Source of the DNA: a virus
Reading direction: 5' to 3' (one strand)
Length of the DNA stretch: 64,000 bases
IMG/VR virus record: IMGVR_UViG_3300049592_000018
Span: 1,149-65,148 of that record
The position numbers were made by a program, and so were the translations under genes. The notes beneath the pieces are model-generated. The model made no database searches, was not told where the DNA came from, and worked only from the letters and a program-made list of their open reading frames with translations. Position 1 is the first letter of the stretch; every line of letters starts with the position of its first letter. Below, one piece after another: positions 62,945 to 64,000 of this stretch.

Positions 62945-63055
62945 CTACTCCTCACCGTAGTCACTGGACGGTTCATCGTCCACGGACTGCGGCGGGGAAT
63001 CATCACTATCTTCCACCAGCTCGAACCGAGGTTCATCATTATCCAATGTTGACAC
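62945..63055 (-). CDS. 36-aa acidic peptide
   Basis: AGGAGG RBS before GTG 63055; MSTLDNDEPRFELVEDSDDSPPQSVDDEPSSDYGEE. Confidence 0.55.
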   Translation of the reverse strand: MSTLDNDEPRFELVEDSDDSPPQSVDDEPSSDYGEE

Positions 63056-63065
63056 GTTACCTCCT

Positions 63066-63404
63066 CTACTTGGTCGCAACTCCAATGATGGCGATGATGA
63101 GTGAGCCGACCGCGGTGAACGCACCAAAGGCCATCCACACGGTTCGAGATTCGACGTACCGCTTCCCCTCGAGAAGTCGAATCCGAGACTCATGATCCGT
63201 GAACTTGGTGGTACTTGACTCACGAATAAAGCGAATGTCGTTCATAAATCCCTCGTCACGAATGGCCTGAGCGGTCGTAAACGTTGTGATCTTGGCGTCG
63301 ATGCGCGCCAGTGTTAAGGCGATTCTAACCTCGGGATCATGATGGCCGGTCAGCGTCGACCGGCCATCAGCGAAGTCACTATCTTCAGCGCCGGGATATG
63401 TCAC
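63066..63404 (-). CDS. Coiled-coil protein with C-terminal TM helix (lysis-cassette membrane protein)
   Basis: DHESRIRLLE followed by WMAFGAFTAVGSLIIAIIGV. Confidence 0.7.
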   Translation of the reverse strand: MTYPGAEDSDFADGRSTLTGHHDPEVRIALTLARIDAKITTFTTAQAIRDEGFMNDIRFIRESSTTKFTDHESRIRLLEGKRYVESRTVWMAFGAFTAVGSLIIAIIGVATK

Positions 63405-63436
63405 AATATTCTCCCAGTTCGCCTAGGTTACGCGGC

Positions 63437-64000
63437 TTACCCCTCGACTCGGGTCCACACGTGCGTGCCGTCGCGCCGGTCACGCACGACGCGTCCGTCA
63501 CGCCGCAGACGCCACAGGCTGAGGTACACGAGCTTTGGTTCCATGGCCAGCCTCTCCGAGAGACCCTCACGGGTCAACGGTTCGGTGAGGGTGTCGAAGA
63601 CGCGCTGATCGCGCTCGATGGTATCGCTGGGGCGTGGACGACCCTTACGAGTCTCGGTCGCCTCGGTCACCGGTGCCTCAGTCATGTTTATAATTCCTTC
63701 CTCTAGACCACGATCAACTTTATGTGTTGCAGACCTTTTTACTGTACCACAATCCTTCTTCCAGGCGTTGGTGACATCGATTAGGTACTCCTGGTCACCG
63801 ATCAGCTCACCAACATCACCTCCCGGTGCGCCGTCCAGCGCGCGTCTCGCCCAGTCGGCGATCCACCGGCCGCAATCGACCGTGATACCCTTACCCCACG
63901 TCAGGAAGAGACCGGGTACCGTCTTAAGAGGTTCAATCAACCACGAGTCCGGAAAACCAAGGATCCGTGCCGCCTCACGGTGTGTGAACGTCCGCCCCTC
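63437..64000 (-). CDS. C-terminal part of a C5-cytosine DNA methyltransferase-like protein, in frame with a winged-HTH domain (5' end outside the window)
   Basis: The frame is open to the window edge: EGRTFTHREAARILGFPDSW (motif IX) and TWGKGITV (variant motif X), then ...LTREGLSERL...VYLSLWRLRRDGRV (wHTH) with its own ATG at 63685. Confidence 0.7.
   Translation of the reverse strand, partial: EGRTFTHREAARILGFPDSWLIEPLKTVPGLFLTWGKGITVDCGRWIADWARRALDGAPGGDVGELIGDQEYLIDVTNAWKKDCGTVKRSATHKVDRGLEEGIINMTEAPVTEATETRKGRPRPSDTIERDQRVFDTLTEPLTREGLSERLAMEPKLVYLSLWRLRRDGRVVRDRRDGTHVWTRVEG

Overview
This window is most of a tailed dsDNA (siphovirus-type) actinobacteriophage genome. The host is probably a sporulating filamentous actinomycete, judging from an SsgA-like gene, a WhiB gene and an actinomycete-type endolysin. 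No integrase is visible in the window. Layout: (1) 1-16.5 kb, minus strand: replication and recombination genes (PolA, SNF2 helicase, PD-(D/E)XK nuclease, AAA ATPase, SSB-like, RuvC-like) interleaved with an apparent cytosine-hypermodification pathway. That pathway comprises an Asp-type thymidylate-synthase homologue, a dNMP kinase fused to a UDG-like domain, a dCMP deaminase, a T4 BGT-like glycosyltransferase, an APH-like kinase plus nucleotidyltransferase, and an all-alpha dUTPase/dCTPase. (2) 14.3-15.3 kb: a ~1 kb hairpin-dense non-coding region with tRNA-Met(CAT), an interrupted tRNA-like RNA and long-range pairings. (3) 16.7-19.7 kb: primase-helicase followed by iteron-like repeats. (4) 19.8-31.2 kb: TerS and TerL separated and flanked by many small genes under repeated palindrome-containing promoters, plus a second RNA cluster with two tRNA-like RNAs lacking normal anticodon loops. 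(5) 31.3-53.7 kb: virion genes, including a 1382-aa MuF protein with two ADP-ribosyltransferase domains, a 2H phosphoesterase, and a shared [LVI][VTI]A[AS] putative maturation-cleavage motif across the head proteins. (6) 53.7-58.8 kb: a seven-enzyme glycosylation operon. (7) 58.9-64 kb, minus strand: WhiB, DUF932, lysis genes and the 3' end of a C5-methyltransferase-like gene. All calls come from reading motifs by eye; no database search or folding program was run.
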